DNA from: Acidobacteriota bacterium
GTDB taxonomy: Bacteria; Acidobacteriota; UBA6911; RPQK01; JANQFM01
NCBI GenBank assembly: GCA_041630155.1
Contig: JBFKLX010000003.1
Span: 1,915 to 65,914 of the forward strand
DNA: 64,000 nucleotides
Direction of reading: 5' to 3'
Below are positions 8,554 through 18,379 of the stretch, piece by piece. Below the pieces are notes generated by a model that did no database searches, was not told the origin of the DNA, and saw only the letters and a list, made by a program, of their open reading frames with translations. Position 1 is the first letter of the stretch. Every line of letters begins with the position of its first letter. The position numbers and the translations under genes were made by a program.

Positions 8554-9639
8554 ATGGCGGTTTTTCGGGCCTTCGTATGCTGTGGTTGTTTGGCACTGGG
8601 CCTGGGCTCATGCTCGCCGGCCGTCGAAGAATCGGAGTCTCCGAGCTCCATTCCGAAGGTCGACGTGCACGCGCACTACCGGCACTCCCGAACCTACCTG
8701 GAGCCTTTGTTGAGGAGCTGGAACATGCGGGCCGTGCTGGTTGACGTGGCACTTCCCGACCCGGCGGCCCGCCAGGTGAGGTGGGAAGCCATCCGGGAGC
8801 AACGGGCCGCCCTGCCCCACCTCTTCGAGCTCTGCAGCTCGGTTGAACCTTCCCGGATCGACGCCCCGGACTTCGCCGAAGCGGTCGTTTTACGCCTGGC
8901 TGGCGAGATCCGCCAGGGAGCGATCATGGTGAAGGTGTGGAAAGACACGGGGATGGTGGTCCGCGACGAGAGCGGACAGTTCGTCCAGGTGGACGACTCT
9001 CGCCTCCAGCCGGTCTGGGATTATCTGACCGAATCTGGAATCCCGGTTCTGGCCCACATCGGAGAGCCTCTTCAAGCGTGGCGTCCTTTGGAAGAAGGCA
9101 ATCCGCACTACGACTACTACCGCCGCAATCCTCAGTATCACGCCTACCAGCATCCGGAGATTCCCCGCTGGGAGGAAATCATGGCAGCCCGCGACCGGTG
9201 GCTGGCAAGAAACCCCGGCCTGACCGTGATCGGCGCTCACCTGGGGAGCATGGCTCACGACGTGGATCAGGTCTCGCAACGGTTGGAGGCCTATCCCAAC
9301 TTCTACGTCGAGACGGCCGCACGTTTTGGAGACCTGGCTCGCCAGGACAGCCAGAAGGTGCGCAGCTTTTTCCTTCGCTTTCAGGACCGGATTCTGTACG
9401 GTACGGACCTGGGCACACACGAGCCGCAGGGCCAGCTGACGACGGAAGAAGTCAACGGAGAGCGGGAGCGGATCGATCAGACCTTCTCCCTGCATTGGAA
9501 GTACACGAGCGGTGAGGGACCGCTCCAGTTCGACAGGCCGGGGGGTTCCTTTTCGGTCGAGACCGTGTGTCTCGACCTTCCTCCCGAGGTCCTGAGAAAG
9601 TTCTACTATGGGAACGCAGCCCGACTGCTCGGGCTTTAG
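8554..9639 (+). CDS. Amidohydrolase-2 family metal-dependent hydrolase (TIM barrel), secreted/lipoprotein-like
   Basis: VDVHAHY and YGTDLG motifs; ATG at 8554 with GAGGAGGA RBS; TAG stop. Confidence 0.75.
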   Translation: MAVFRAFVCCGCLALGLGSCSPAVEESESPSSIPKVDVHAHYRHSRTYLEPLLRSWNMRAVLVDVALPDPAARQVRWEAIREQRAALPHLFELCSSVEPSRIDAPDFAEAVVLRLAGEIRQGAIMVKVWKDTGMVVRDESGQFVQVDDSRLQPVWDYLTESGIPVLAHIGEPLQAWRPLEEGNPHYDYYRRNPQYHAYQHPEIPRWEEIMAARDRWLARNPGLTVIGAHLGSMAHDVDQVSQRLEAYPNFYVETAARFGDLARQDSQKVRSFFLRFQDRILYGTDLGTHEPQGQLTTEEVNGERERIDQTFSLHWKYTSGEGPLQFDRPGGSFSVETVCLDLPPEVLRKFYYGNAARLLGL

Positions 9640-9644
9640 AAGCG

Positions 9645-10790
9645 ATGCAAACGCCTTCTTCCGACCCCCCATTGAACGGTTCGGCCTCCCCTGTGGGAGA
9701 GAGGCTGGTGTCCCTGGACTTCTTTCGCGGTTTCACCATGTTTCTGCTGGTCGCGGAAGGAGCCGGGGTATACGAGGCACTGGGCGGGATCACTTCCCAG
9801 CCGAGCCTGGCTGGGCATTTGCTCACTCAGTTCCATCACCATCCTTGGAACGGGCTGCGCTTCTGGGACCTGGTCCAACCCTTCTTCATGTTCATCGTGG
9901 GCGTCGCCATGTGGTTTTCTGTGAACAAACGCATGGCTCGGGGGCAATCCTGGGAGCAGGTTCTCGTCCATATGGTGCGACGCTGTGCCACCCTGCTCGC
10001 TCTGGGCGTCGTCCTGCATATCGGTTACAGCGGTCGATTGGTGTGGGAGCTCTGGAACGTACTTTCACAGCTTTCCTTCACCATCCTGGTGGCCTTTCTG
10101 ATCATGTTTCGGCCCGTCAGGACTCAGTTGGCGATTTCGTTTGCCCTGCTGCTGCTCACCGAAGTCCTGTACCGCTTCACGGGAATTCCCGGCTATGACC
10201 AGCCTTTCGTGAAGGACCAGAATTTCGGCTCTTTCATGGACATGGTCTTAATGGGAAAGCTGAATGCCGGAGGAGGTTGGGTCACCATCAATTGCATTCC
10301 CACAGCGGCGCATACGATCTGGGGAGTCCTGGCCGGGCGGCTTCTGGCTGGCGACAGCACGGCCAGTCGGAAGATCCGCGTCCTGCTTCTGGGCGGCATC
10401 TTGGCGCTGGTCGTCGGCTATTCGATGGACTGGACCGCAATCACGCCGATCATCAAGCGGATCTGTACGAGTTCGTTCGTGATCGTTTCCGGCGGTTGGT
10501 GCCTGGTGGCCCTGGCCCTCTGTTACGGATTGATCGACGTCAAGAACCAGAAGCGCGGGACGCTTTTCTTCATCATCGTGGGCTCCAATCCCATCTTTAT
10601 TTACGTCTTCATGGAGACGGCCGGCAAGCAGTGGTTTCGGGACTTTGTTTCCATATTCGTCCACGGAGTGCTCGGCTGGTTCGGCATTGCCGAGGCTGCC
10701 CAGGAAACAGCCAATGCGTTGGTGGTTCTGGGATTGGCATGGTACCTCTGTTATTGGCTCTACCGTCGGCGAATCTTCATCAAGATTTGA
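9645..10790 (+). CDS. DUF1624/HGSNAT-like integral membrane acyltransferase (heparan-alpha-glucosaminide N-acetyltransferase homologue)
   Basis: N-terminal LVSLDFFRGFTMFLLV motif typical of the family; ~10 TM helices; starts 6 nt after the amidohydrolase stop. Confidence 0.6.
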   Translation: MQTPSSDPPLNGSASPVGERLVSLDFFRGFTMFLLVAEGAGVYEALGGITSQPSLAGHLLTQFHHHPWNGLRFWDLVQPFFMFIVGVAMWFSVNKRMARGQSWEQVLVHMVRRCATLLALGVVLHIGYSGRLVWELWNVLSQLSFTILVAFLIMFRPVRTQLAISFALLLLTEVLYRFTGIPGYDQPFVKDQNFGSFMDMVLMGKLNAGGGWVTINCIPTAAHTIWGVLAGRLLAGDSTASRKIRVLLLGGILALVVGYSMDWTAITPIIKRICTSSFVIVSGGWCLVALALCYGLIDVKNQKRGTLFFIIVGSNPIFIYVFMETAGKQWFRDFVSIFVHGVLGWFGIAEAAQETANALVVLGLAWYLCYWLYRRRIFIKI

Positions 10791-10941
10791 CGCAACCCTG
10801 AGTCGCGAGCAACCTTCCGGCGCCGAAGCTTTACGGAGCCGCGCCCGTGAAGAGGGTGTTTGCGTAGATGAACCGTCGCGCTAGCGATCCGTCCAAGGCG
10901 GCATTTTAGACTTCAGGAGAGGGCTCCGGAGAGGAGGAGGC

Positions 10942-11280
10942 ATGCGCTGCCAAACGTGTGGAAAGGACTGGCCCTCGAGACATTACTTCGTCACCGACTC
11001 GCTCTGCAACGAGTGTTTCGGACAAATACCAGAGGCAGAGCAGAAGGCGGTCCGTGCAGACGTGGAGAGTCTCAACCGGGAGGGAGCCGCAAGACGCGTC
11101 GTGGGCGGCTGGGATCTGGAGTGCCCGATCTGCGGCCACCGAGAGTTTTGGAAGCGGAAGACGCTGATGAACACGCCGGGCCTGACTTTCTTCGGAGTGG
11201 AATGGGCGAACCGCCAAGCCGACAATTATGTCTGCGATGCCTGCGGGCACGTGCTGTGGTTTGTGCGCGAGGGCAGCTGA
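10942..11280 (+). CDS. Small zinc-ribbon protein (four CxxC pairs)
   Basis: MRCQTCG...CNEC...CPICG...CDACG; strong RBS GGAGGAGG upstream. Confidence 0.5.
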   Translation: MRCQTCGKDWPSRHYFVTDSLCNECFGQIPEAEQKAVRADVESLNREGAARRVVGGWDLECPICGHREFWKRKTLMNTPGLTFFGVEWANRQADNYVCDACGHVLWFVREGS

Positions 11281-11377
11281 CCCCGGAAGTGCGATCAGTC
11301 CTCGGATGGACTGTCGATACTGGGCTCGAGCGCGGCGACTTCCGAGAAGCCCGAGCCGGTGTCCGGCCGCTTCGGCT

Positions 11378-12619
11378 TTACAGGTTACGCAGGTAGTCCA
11401 AGAGATTCGCGAGTTCCTGGGGCGGCAGGCGGGTGGGAGGCATGGCCGTTCGAGGGTACGATTCCCCAGGTCTGAGAACGACTGCTTCTAGATACGGGAC
11501 AGTTCGCAGCCGGCCGATACCCTGCAGGGCCGGCCCCGCCATGGCTCCAAACTCCCCCGTGGTTTCGTGACAATCGGCGCAACCCTCTTCGCGGTAGATC
11601 GCAATACCCGTCCGCGCGGCGGCGGCGGGTCGCTGCAGAGACATCAGATACTCGACCAGCGCCTCCACAGCCTCTCCGGTCTGGGAGCCCTCCGGCATTC
11701 TGGAGGTCCGGTTGACCGCTCTCGGCGCTTCGATGACCCGGCGAAGGTACTCGGCGGGCCGCCGGCTGCCGATATGGAGCAAGCCCGGACCGCTCTCCCG
11801 CCAGGCAGTGCTGTCGAGGTCGTGACAGAGGTGGCATTGCTCCTCGAAGAAGAGTTCGCGTCCCCTGTCGCGTGCCATCTTCCCTTTGCGGTAATGGAAA
11901 TGCAGGCTGGCGACTCCCACATGGCCGGCACCATCCTCCACGTTCACAGTGAGGAGGTGATCTCCCGGCTCGAGTTTGGGGTCGCAGGGGAGGGCGAAAC
12001 TCTCGACCCCTCCCTCCAACCGAGCTTCGCCCTGTAGAGCATAGTCGAGGTAGCAGCGCACGGAGAATCCAGACTCTCGCCCGAGCTGGGTGGCTCGCGT
12101 GAGCCTGGCTGTGATCCCTGAGAGGTCGGGCTCGGTGCCAGCAGCGGAGCTGAGGATCTCGATGCCGAGCTCGTGACAGTCCTCGGCCGGGTGAGCCAGA
12201 TGGCTTGGCTCGTCCCCCTCGAACGAAATGAACGAGTTCCGGTTGTCCACCAGGTTTCCGGAAGCATCGCGGCCGTCCCAGTTCACGCTGTGGAGGCCGA
12301 AGCCCTGATGGGTCCAGTCCAGGAGCGTACGGAGGACCAATGAGGGGTTTGGGCGCCAGACTACTCGGATGCGGATGAGCCCGTCACGGGTCAGGCGGTA
12401 GGAGATGCGGGCGGGTTCGTCCCGCCTCGGATCGAAGCTGAGCGCGGCCGCGGTTGACCGGTCGGTGATGCGAACGGGAAGGTGCAAGTAACCTTTGTCT
12501 GGAGTGTCGATTTCGAGAAGCTCCGCTGTCTCCTCGGCACCAGACTGGAGTCCTTCGCATCCGCCAGCCCCCGAGACGGACAATACGCAGAGCAGGTGAA
12601 AGAAGGTGCAGCGGCACAT
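11378..12619 (-). CDS. Lipoprotein with N-terminal Ig-like (FlgD-Ig-like) domain and C-terminal dihaem cytochrome c
   Basis: Two CxxCH motifs (CHLCH, CADCH). The N-terminal region is paralogous to the 13276-14187 product (WDGRDASGNLVD vs WDGHDYSGNIID). Confidence 0.65.
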   Translation of the reverse strand: MCRCTFFHLLCVLSVSGAGGCEGLQSGAEETAELLEIDTPDKGYLHLPVRITDRSTAAALSFDPRRDEPARISYRLTRDGLIRIRVVWRPNPSLVLRTLLDWTHQGFGLHSVNWDGRDASGNLVDNRNSFISFEGDEPSHLAHPAEDCHELGIEILSSAAGTEPDLSGITARLTRATQLGRESGFSVRCYLDYALQGEARLEGGVESFALPCDPKLEPGDHLLTVNVEDGAGHVGVASLHFHYRKGKMARDRGRELFFEEQCHLCHDLDSTAWRESGPGLLHIGSRRPAEYLRRVIEAPRAVNRTSRMPEGSQTGEAVEALVEYLMSLQRPAAAARTGIAIYREEGCADCHETTGEFGAMAGPALQGIGRLRTVPYLEAVVLRPGESYPRTAMPPTRLPPQELANLLDYLRNL

Positions 12620-12731
12620 GGAGCCTCCCGAGCCTGGAGGATGCCTCGGCCACCGGGCAATCCGGAGCCCCGGTCATGGGGATCGGGGGAGCAGCGGACG
12701 GCCCGGTGCTCGAGGAGAAAGCAACTACCCC

Positions 12732-13250
12732 CTAGCGGCCCCGATCGTGGGGAACGTAGACTTGACAAGACCTTTCGGCGACCAAGGTCTGGAACAGGCC
12801 CCTGGCCCAGGCGCGGACCACTATGGTGTAGGTGCGGCCCATGCCGTACTGGGCGGCCGTGTTGCCGCACCGCTCAGCCCGGGCTCTGACCATCCCGAAC
12901 CCTTGGCCACTGACGGGATCGGTGGTGTAGGCGGTCTGCACGTAACAGTCGTTGGTGGTGTTTCCGTCGCCGACACCTGTTGCGTTGTCAGGCTGGTTGC
13001 TGCTGACGCTGACCACCTGCCAGTCGACTGGCGGGTTGCTGGGATCCCTGGGGTCGGCGGTAACGTTCGCGGTGACCATGATGTCCCGATATTTATGGTT
13101 GGGCGGCCAGAGTTGGTCGGGATCGCACGAGAGTTCGTTGATGGTCGGCGGGTAATACGCCCCGCAGCAGGCCTCCACTTCTGCTACATGGTAACTGCCC
13201 AGGAAAGCCAGTACTGCGGCAGCCCCGATGACCATTGCTAGTCGTTTCAT
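12732..13250 (-). CDS. Small secreted Cys-containing protein with LWPPNHK motif, function unknown
   Basis: Signal peptide MKRLAMVIGAAAVLAFLG; lies between the two paralogous genes. Confidence 0.45.
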   Translation of the reverse strand: MKRLAMVIGAAAVLAFLGSYHVAEVEACCGAYYPPTINELSCDPDQLWPPNHKYRDIMVTANVTADPRDPSNPPVDWQVVSVSSNQPDNATGVGDGNTTNDCYVQTAYTTDPVSGQGFGMVRARAERCGNTAAQYGMGRTYTIVVRAWARGLFQTLVAERSCQVYVPHDRGR

Positions 13251-13275
13251 TTCTAGATCTCCTTTTTCTTGTTTC

Positions 13276-14187
13276 TTACGGGTTTCCGGCCGCGTTCCGG
13301 AAGACTACCGGAACGCTTGCCGAGGTGGCGTGTTGATGGTGATCACACATTCCGATCTGAAGCAGATGCTCGCCATCCGGGAAGGCGGACGTGTCCAGGC
13401 GGTACGCGAACCGTCCGTCGCTCTCGGGCTTGTAAAATTCCTCTCGTGCCAAAACCCCGTCGACGTAGTAGCGCACTCCGTAACCGTACAAATCGCCATA
13501 ACCGCGGCGATTTTCGTCGACTTCAGAGCGGATCAGGAGAAGCCCGCGCGACTCGGCCCGGGGCGCCGGCTCCAGGATTCGAAGATACGGCACCTCTTCG
13601 GCCCAGGCATGATGAGTGCCGTGCTCGTGTTCCTCCTCGCTGTGCACGATCTCCTCGGGACTTCGTGAATCAAGGGGCATCAGTTCCGACCCGTGCTCCG
13701 GCTTGCGGGCGATGAGTGTGATGGTTGCCCGTGACATGTCGATGATGTTGCCCGAGTAGTCGTGACCGTCCCAAATCTCGGTATGCTCCCCGGGCTCCCG
13801 CAAATCCCAGTTCAGGATGGTCGCCAGAAAGAGCTCGCGGGTCTCTGCATCCTTGACGCGTATCTGAACTCGCGCAGGTTCTGTCAGTCGGTAGTGGAGG
13901 AGGGCCGTTTCGCCGCGTTCCGGGCTGAAGGTGAAGGCCTCTGTGAGATTGACGTCCTGCAATCCTCCCCAATATGTCTCTTCGTGCTGTTCTCCCTCGA
14001 CGTGTACATGTCCGTCCGCGTGCGGATGCTCGTGCCCAGTTTGGGCTGCCTCCCCAAAAGGGCAGACAGTGCCGCTGGAAGGCTCACTCATCGCCTTGGC
14101 TGCTGGCTCTTGGTGAGTCAGGGTCAACAGCCCTGCCCCGACGGCGAACACGGCGATACCGCCGACAATCCAAGTGGAACTCTTCAT
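13276..14187 (-). CDS. Secreted His-rich protein with Ig-like domain (paralogue of the cytochrome c fusion), putative metal-binding
   Basis: Signal peptide; HEHPHADGHVHVEGEQHEE and HSEEEHEHGTHH tracts; central domain homologous to the N-terminal region of 11378-12619. Confidence 0.6.
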   Translation of the reverse strand: MKSSTWIVGGIAVFAVGAGLLTLTHQEPAAKAMSEPSSGTVCPFGEAAQTGHEHPHADGHVHVEGEQHEETYWGGLQDVNLTEAFTFSPERGETALLHYRLTEPARVQIRVKDAETRELFLATILNWDLREPGEHTEIWDGHDYSGNIIDMSRATITLIARKPEHGSELMPLDSRSPEEIVHSEEEHEHGTHHAWAEEVPYLRILEPAPRAESRGLLLIRSEVDENRRGYGDLYGYGVRYYVDGVLAREEFYKPESDGRFAYRLDTSAFPDGEHLLQIGMCDHHQHATSASVPVVFRNAAGNP

Positions 14188-14432
14188 GGGCTACCTCCCG
14201 TGGCGTTGTTTGGAAAGCTGGTGGGTTCAGATTACGGCCGCCTGCTAACGATGTCGATGAGCCCGGTGGCCCATTCTTGGCACTAATTCGTGAGCCATTT
14301 GACCTGGCCCGCGCTTCTCGTGAGGGTTGGTCGGGAAGCGTCCGAAGAGTCGCGCGACTAGAAGGGCCGGGGAGTCCGTGAAGGCTCTGCGAGAAGGCTC
14401 TTGAAGGGACCCGGCGCTCCCTGCCGGAGTGC

Positions 14433-15077
14433 TCAAATCAAGCGGCGGCGCCGGGCACAGGAAACCGCCTCCAGGCGGCTGTGCACTCCCAGCTTGCTCA
14501 GAATGCTTTGGATGTGGTTCCGGACGGTATGCGAGGAGATGAACAGGAGCTCCGAGATCTCCTTGGTGCCTTCTCCCGCAGCCAGCAGCCTCAGAATCTC
14601 CAGCTCGCGCCGAGTCAAGCGCCGGTTCATGGCAGCATACCGCTGGGCTTGCGAAGGGGGAGCCGAAGCATCAGCTCTCCGCGAGCGATTGGAACTGCTC
14701 TTGGGACGACGGGAGGATTTCGTGATCAGACTGAGCACGTGAACGAGGTCGAACTCAGAGTGATCACTTCGGGGGAGTACGATGATGGTGACCCATGCTT
14801 GGATGTATTGGCAGTAGGCGGTTTGCAGATTCAGCCTGAACCGGTGAATCGGCTCTTGCCGGCGAGCCATCCTCTGCACTGGACAATCCGTTCCGCAGTA
14901 ACGGTTGCCGAAGGAATCCGTGCCACAAATGACTCGATGGCACAGTCTCCCGAGGGCCTCGCTCTCTTTCACACCGACGAGTCGCGAAATGGCAGCGTTC
15001 CAAGCACCAATCCTGCCCTCGTGATCGACTGCGAATGCGGCTTCGTCGGTACCCGACACTATGTCGAGGATGTCCAT
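14433..15077 (-). CDS. PAS-domain / LuxR-family HTH one-component transcriptional regulator; PAS carries four clustered cysteines
   Basis: C-terminal GerE/LuxR HTH (LTRRELEILRLLAAGEGTKEISELLFISSHTVRNHIQSILSKLGV); N-terminal PAS-like region with CHRVICGTDSFGNRYCGTDCP; start at MDILDIV. Confidence 0.7.
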   Translation of the reverse strand: MDILDIVSGTDEAAFAVDHEGRIGAWNAAISRLVGVKESEALGRLCHRVICGTDSFGNRYCGTDCPVQRMARRQEPIHRFRLNLQTAYCQYIQAWVTIIVLPRSDHSEFDLVHVLSLITKSSRRPKSSSNRSRRADASAPPSQAQRYAAMNRRLTRRELEILRLLAAGEGTKEISELLFISSHTVRNHIQSILSKLGVHSRLEAVSCARRRRLI

Positions 15078-15451
15078 GTCCACTCCCAGTGACGGTTTCG
15101 GCGCGGCTGTCCTTCGGAATGACCGTTTCGCAGAATAGAGGAGAGCCTCTGGCCTGTGCCACTGAGTCTTACTCCAAATCATACCACGGGCTGCTCCAAG
15201 GACGTTTCAACTCAGACAATATCCTTCCGATCCGAATGCGGCTTGGGCCGGCAAAGCCCGGGGAATTCGGAATACCCGATCCTGTCCATCCCGGGATCCG
15301 GTCAAGACTCGAGATTTGGATGCCGGGGAATTTGGGACAGGATCACCGAGTCGCTTGGTGACTCGTGGATGGCGCGATTCTCACCGGCCGACCCTGTGAC
15401 ATAGGTCTGGCCAGGCTCGTGCGGCTCGGAGCTGGCCCGCAGATGAAACTG

Positions 15452-15859
15452 TCATTGTTCATTCTGAGGCCGTGAGCCAGTCGGCAAAAGCTGTTGCGTC
15501 TCCTCCTGAACCAATACCCAGACCGCGTAGGCCCCCACGAGGGTGCCGTGAGGGAAGACTGGCAGGTTCAGAATGGCCACGATGAGCGTGAGGATCCGGG
15601 CCCAGCTCCGTCTCTTCAGCAATCCGTAGGCAGCGGCAAAGTTGGGGATCGTCGTCAGCGCGATGATGAGGGCGATGAAGGCCCCGAAGGCCGCCGGCAG
15701 AAAAACGAGCGGAAGCGGCACATCGCCTTCTCGAACAGCAACCGTGCCCAGAACAGCGCTTCCCAGGCCGAAAACGATCAGAACCACCAGAATTCCAATC
15801 AACCCCAGAATTCCCAACCCAATGAAGAGTGCACCCAGAGCAGTTATGTGTTTGTCCAT
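15452..15859 (-). CDS. Small integral membrane protein (4 TM), function unknown
   Basis: Hydrophobic 135-aa ORF. Confidence 0.45.
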   Translation of the reverse strand: MDKHITALGALFIGLGILGLIGILVVLIVFGLGSAVLGTVAVREGDVPLPLVFLPAAFGAFIALIIALTTIPNFAAAYGLLKRRSWARILTLIVAILNLPVFPHGTLVGAYAVWVLVQEETQQLLPTGSRPQNEQ

Positions 15860-16259
15860 TCGTACGTCCCCGTTTCAAGCAGCACGTTCTGTGAGAGAGT
15901 ACTCCTGAGCCGGCTCCTTTATTTGGTGGTGGGTCCTTTTCCAGGCGTGGAGAACGCTCGCCACCATCGAGGCCCCTTCGAAATGACATTTGACACAAGT
16001 GGCTGGGGGAAACCACGCACCCTCCCCCTCCCGCCGACTTGGTCGAATCTCGAAAGCCACCTCGCTTTGAGCAGTTTGCCGGACACCTCACCCAGGCTGG
16101 ACCCGGGCACGGAGATTGCGTTGAATTCAGGCAGACGTCGCCCACGTAGGCCTGACGGCTCGAAAACCGCTTCAGCGAAGTGTCGTCTTCCTCCGTGCGA
16201 CTTTCTCGCCGGGCGCCCGTAAAGAGCGTTGTCGGCCTGGGTGTCTTCCGCTTTGGGTC

Positions 16260-17204
16260 ATGTTGGACTTGGCACTTCTTTTGACGGGTCTGGCGGCGAT
16301 AGCCTGGGGGACCACTCTGGCGATCAACAATGCCATCGTGATCGCCGAGCGACGCGGGCTTTCCGACTTCTTTGTCGGCTTCGCCCTCTTGGCCGTCGGA
16401 AGTGATCTGCCGGAGTTGGTCGTCTCGGTCGATGCTGCACTTCGCAACCTGTTCGGAGGTCCGGACACGTCCAGTCTCATCGTTGGCAATGCCATCGGGA
16501 GCTGTTTCGGGCAATTCGGGCTCGTGATGGGATTCTCCGGCCTAGTCGGCTATCATACGCTGCCCCGACGCTACATCTGGCGCCACGGTTCTGCACTGCT
16601 CGGTGGCATCCTGTTCTTGGCGCTCACGGGGCTGGACGGGACGGTCTCCCGCATCGAGGGCGCCATTCTCACCGGCGCTTTCCTGGTCTACCTGGCGTCG
16701 CTGATCGGCGAGGAGCGGGCCCTGGAGAAGACAGAGAAAGCTCCCCAGAATGGCATTGGCCGTGCCTGGCTGCTACTCTTTGTCGGGATGGTGACGGTGC
16801 TCGCGAGCTCCGAGCTGATCGTCGGTTCGGCGGTCAGGCTGGCGGAAGCATGGAACGTCAGACAATCGCTGATCGCCATCTGCATCATTGGGATTGGAAC
16901 GAGCCTCCCGGAACTCTCGATCTGCGTGGTAGCCATCCGTAAGTCGCGGCGCGGCATCTCGGTCGGCAACATGGTCGGCAGCAATATCCTCGATACTCTG
17001 CTCCCTGTGGGTCTGGCTGCTCTCATCCACCCAGTAGGCTTCGAGGCCTCACTGCTGCGATTCGATCTTCCCATTCTGCTGTTGCTGACCTTCTTGGTCC
17101 TGGCGTTTTTCGTCCGACGTCGCGGTTTGCAGAGAGGGGAGGCAATCCTGCTGCTGGTTTTCTATGCCGGCTACATTCTGTTGAAGCTGCTTGGAGTGCA
17201 GTGA
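16260..17204 (+). CDS. Cation/Ca2+ exchanger (CaCA family, YrbG-like)
   Basis: Two alpha-repeat motifs (GSDLPELVVSV and GTSLPELSICVVA); ~10 TM; 314 aa. Confidence 0.8.
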   Translation: MLDLALLLTGLAAIAWGTTLAINNAIVIAERRGLSDFFVGFALLAVGSDLPELVVSVDAALRNLFGGPDTSSLIVGNAIGSCFGQFGLVMGFSGLVGYHTLPRRYIWRHGSALLGGILFLALTGLDGTVSRIEGAILTGAFLVYLASLIGEERALEKTEKAPQNGIGRAWLLLFVGMVTVLASSELIVGSAVRLAEAWNVRQSLIAICIIGIGTSLPELSICVVAIRKSRRGISVGNMVGSNILDTLLPVGLAALIHPVGFEASLLRFDLPILLLLTFLVLAFFVRRRGLQRGEAILLLVFYAGYILLKLLGVQ

Positions 17205-17356
17205 CCTGCGGAAGTCGGGCGCCGGGCAAGGGAGTTGTCCAGGCTCTTGGCTCCACCGAAAATGGCCTGGTGCAACCTGGGCTCCCTCCTGGACAATTGA
17301 ATCACCGCCAAGATGCCAGTGTCACGACCGCGCAGGCGAGGGACCCGGGCTCTCGG

Positions 17357-17965
17357 CTACTTCATCAGTCGAGCAAGTCGAGCCGAGCTTTCGGCAACAC
17401 CTTCTTGCACGTTGACGGCTGCGTAGAGATCGCGGGCTTCCTCCCACAACCGGCAAGCTTCTTCGCTTTGTCCACGAGATTCCTCCAGTATTGCCAAGGG
17501 CCGAATTGCGTTCGCGAGATCGAGCGGGTGAGTTTGCTCATGCCCGCGATAGATCGCGAGCGCTTCGTGATAGCAGGTCTCCGCGAGTTTCGCGCGGCCC
17601 GCATCCTGGTGGATGTCACCGAGATGCCGAACGGTGTGGGCAAGTGTGAGAGGGTCGCCATCTTCGCGGCAAATGGCGACGGCTTCTTCGTAAAACGCCC
17701 GCGCAGCGTCGCTGTGCCCCAGGTCTCGTTCGATCTGGCCGAGTCGCTTGAGTGCCTGGATCAATTCGTGGCCCACGCCAGCCTGGCGACAGAGTGCCAC
17801 GGCCTCGACGAGATTCCGGTGCGCATCGGCCATTCGATCCTGAGCTCGTTGGGAGCGAGGCCCAAGAGAAAGTGCCTCTCGTCGCGCGCGATCGGCTAAT
17901 CGAATGAGTTCTGCGGCATCTTCTGCCATCGATCCCTCCAGGTACTCCCTTCTGGTCTGCAACAA
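17357..17965 (-). CDS. TPR-repeat protein
   Basis: Repeated A..Y..AL..y helical pairs. Confidence 0.55.
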   Translation of the reverse strand: MLQTRREYLEGSMAEDAAELIRLADRARREALSLGPRSQRAQDRMADAHRNLVEAVALCRQAGVGHELIQALKRLGQIERDLGHSDAARAFYEEAVAICREDGDPLTLAHTVRHLGDIHQDAGRAKLAETCYHEALAIYRGHEQTHPLDLANAIRPLAILEESRGQSEEACRLWEEARDLYAAVNVQEGVAESSARLARLMK

Positions 17966-18049
17966 GTGTCCACGGACGTCCCGATCGCCCTCAAGCGGGT
18001 CGGTCTGGCCGTACCCAGCGTGTCATACGATTTCGAAACCTGCGTGAGC

Positions 18050-18379
18050 CTATTCAGCGCGTCGATTTGCCATTTCACCAGCTGCGCCGACAACCAACCG
18101 ATGACAGCTCCGCCCAGGAGTCCCATGACCCAGGATCGGCAGGTGAGTCTTGGAGATGATCGCGGACGGCAGACTCACCAACAGGCCGACCAGCGCTCCG
18201 CGCGCCCACCCCGGCCAGGGAAAGCCTACCAGAGGCACCAGAAAACCGCTGGCGAACCGGTCCGTGAAGGCGCCCAAGAGCGCTACCGTCTTGTCCGGAA
18301 GGTCCAATGGCAACATCAGACCCACCGACAAAGCTCCGACTGCAAGGCCCGCCACGATACCGAATAGAATCGCGTTCAT
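18050..18379 (-). CDS. Hypothetical membrane protein, possibly frameshifted (hydrophobic continuation in the adjacent frame 17896-18126)
   Basis: TM-rich ORF; the neighbouring frame continues GLLGGAVIGWLSAQL. Confidence 0.3.
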   Translation of the reverse strand: MNAILFGIVAGLAVGALSVGLMLPLDLPDKTVALLGAFTDRFASGFLVPLVGFPWPGWARGALVGLLVSLPSAIISKTHLPILGHGTPGRSCHRLVVGAAGEMANRRAE

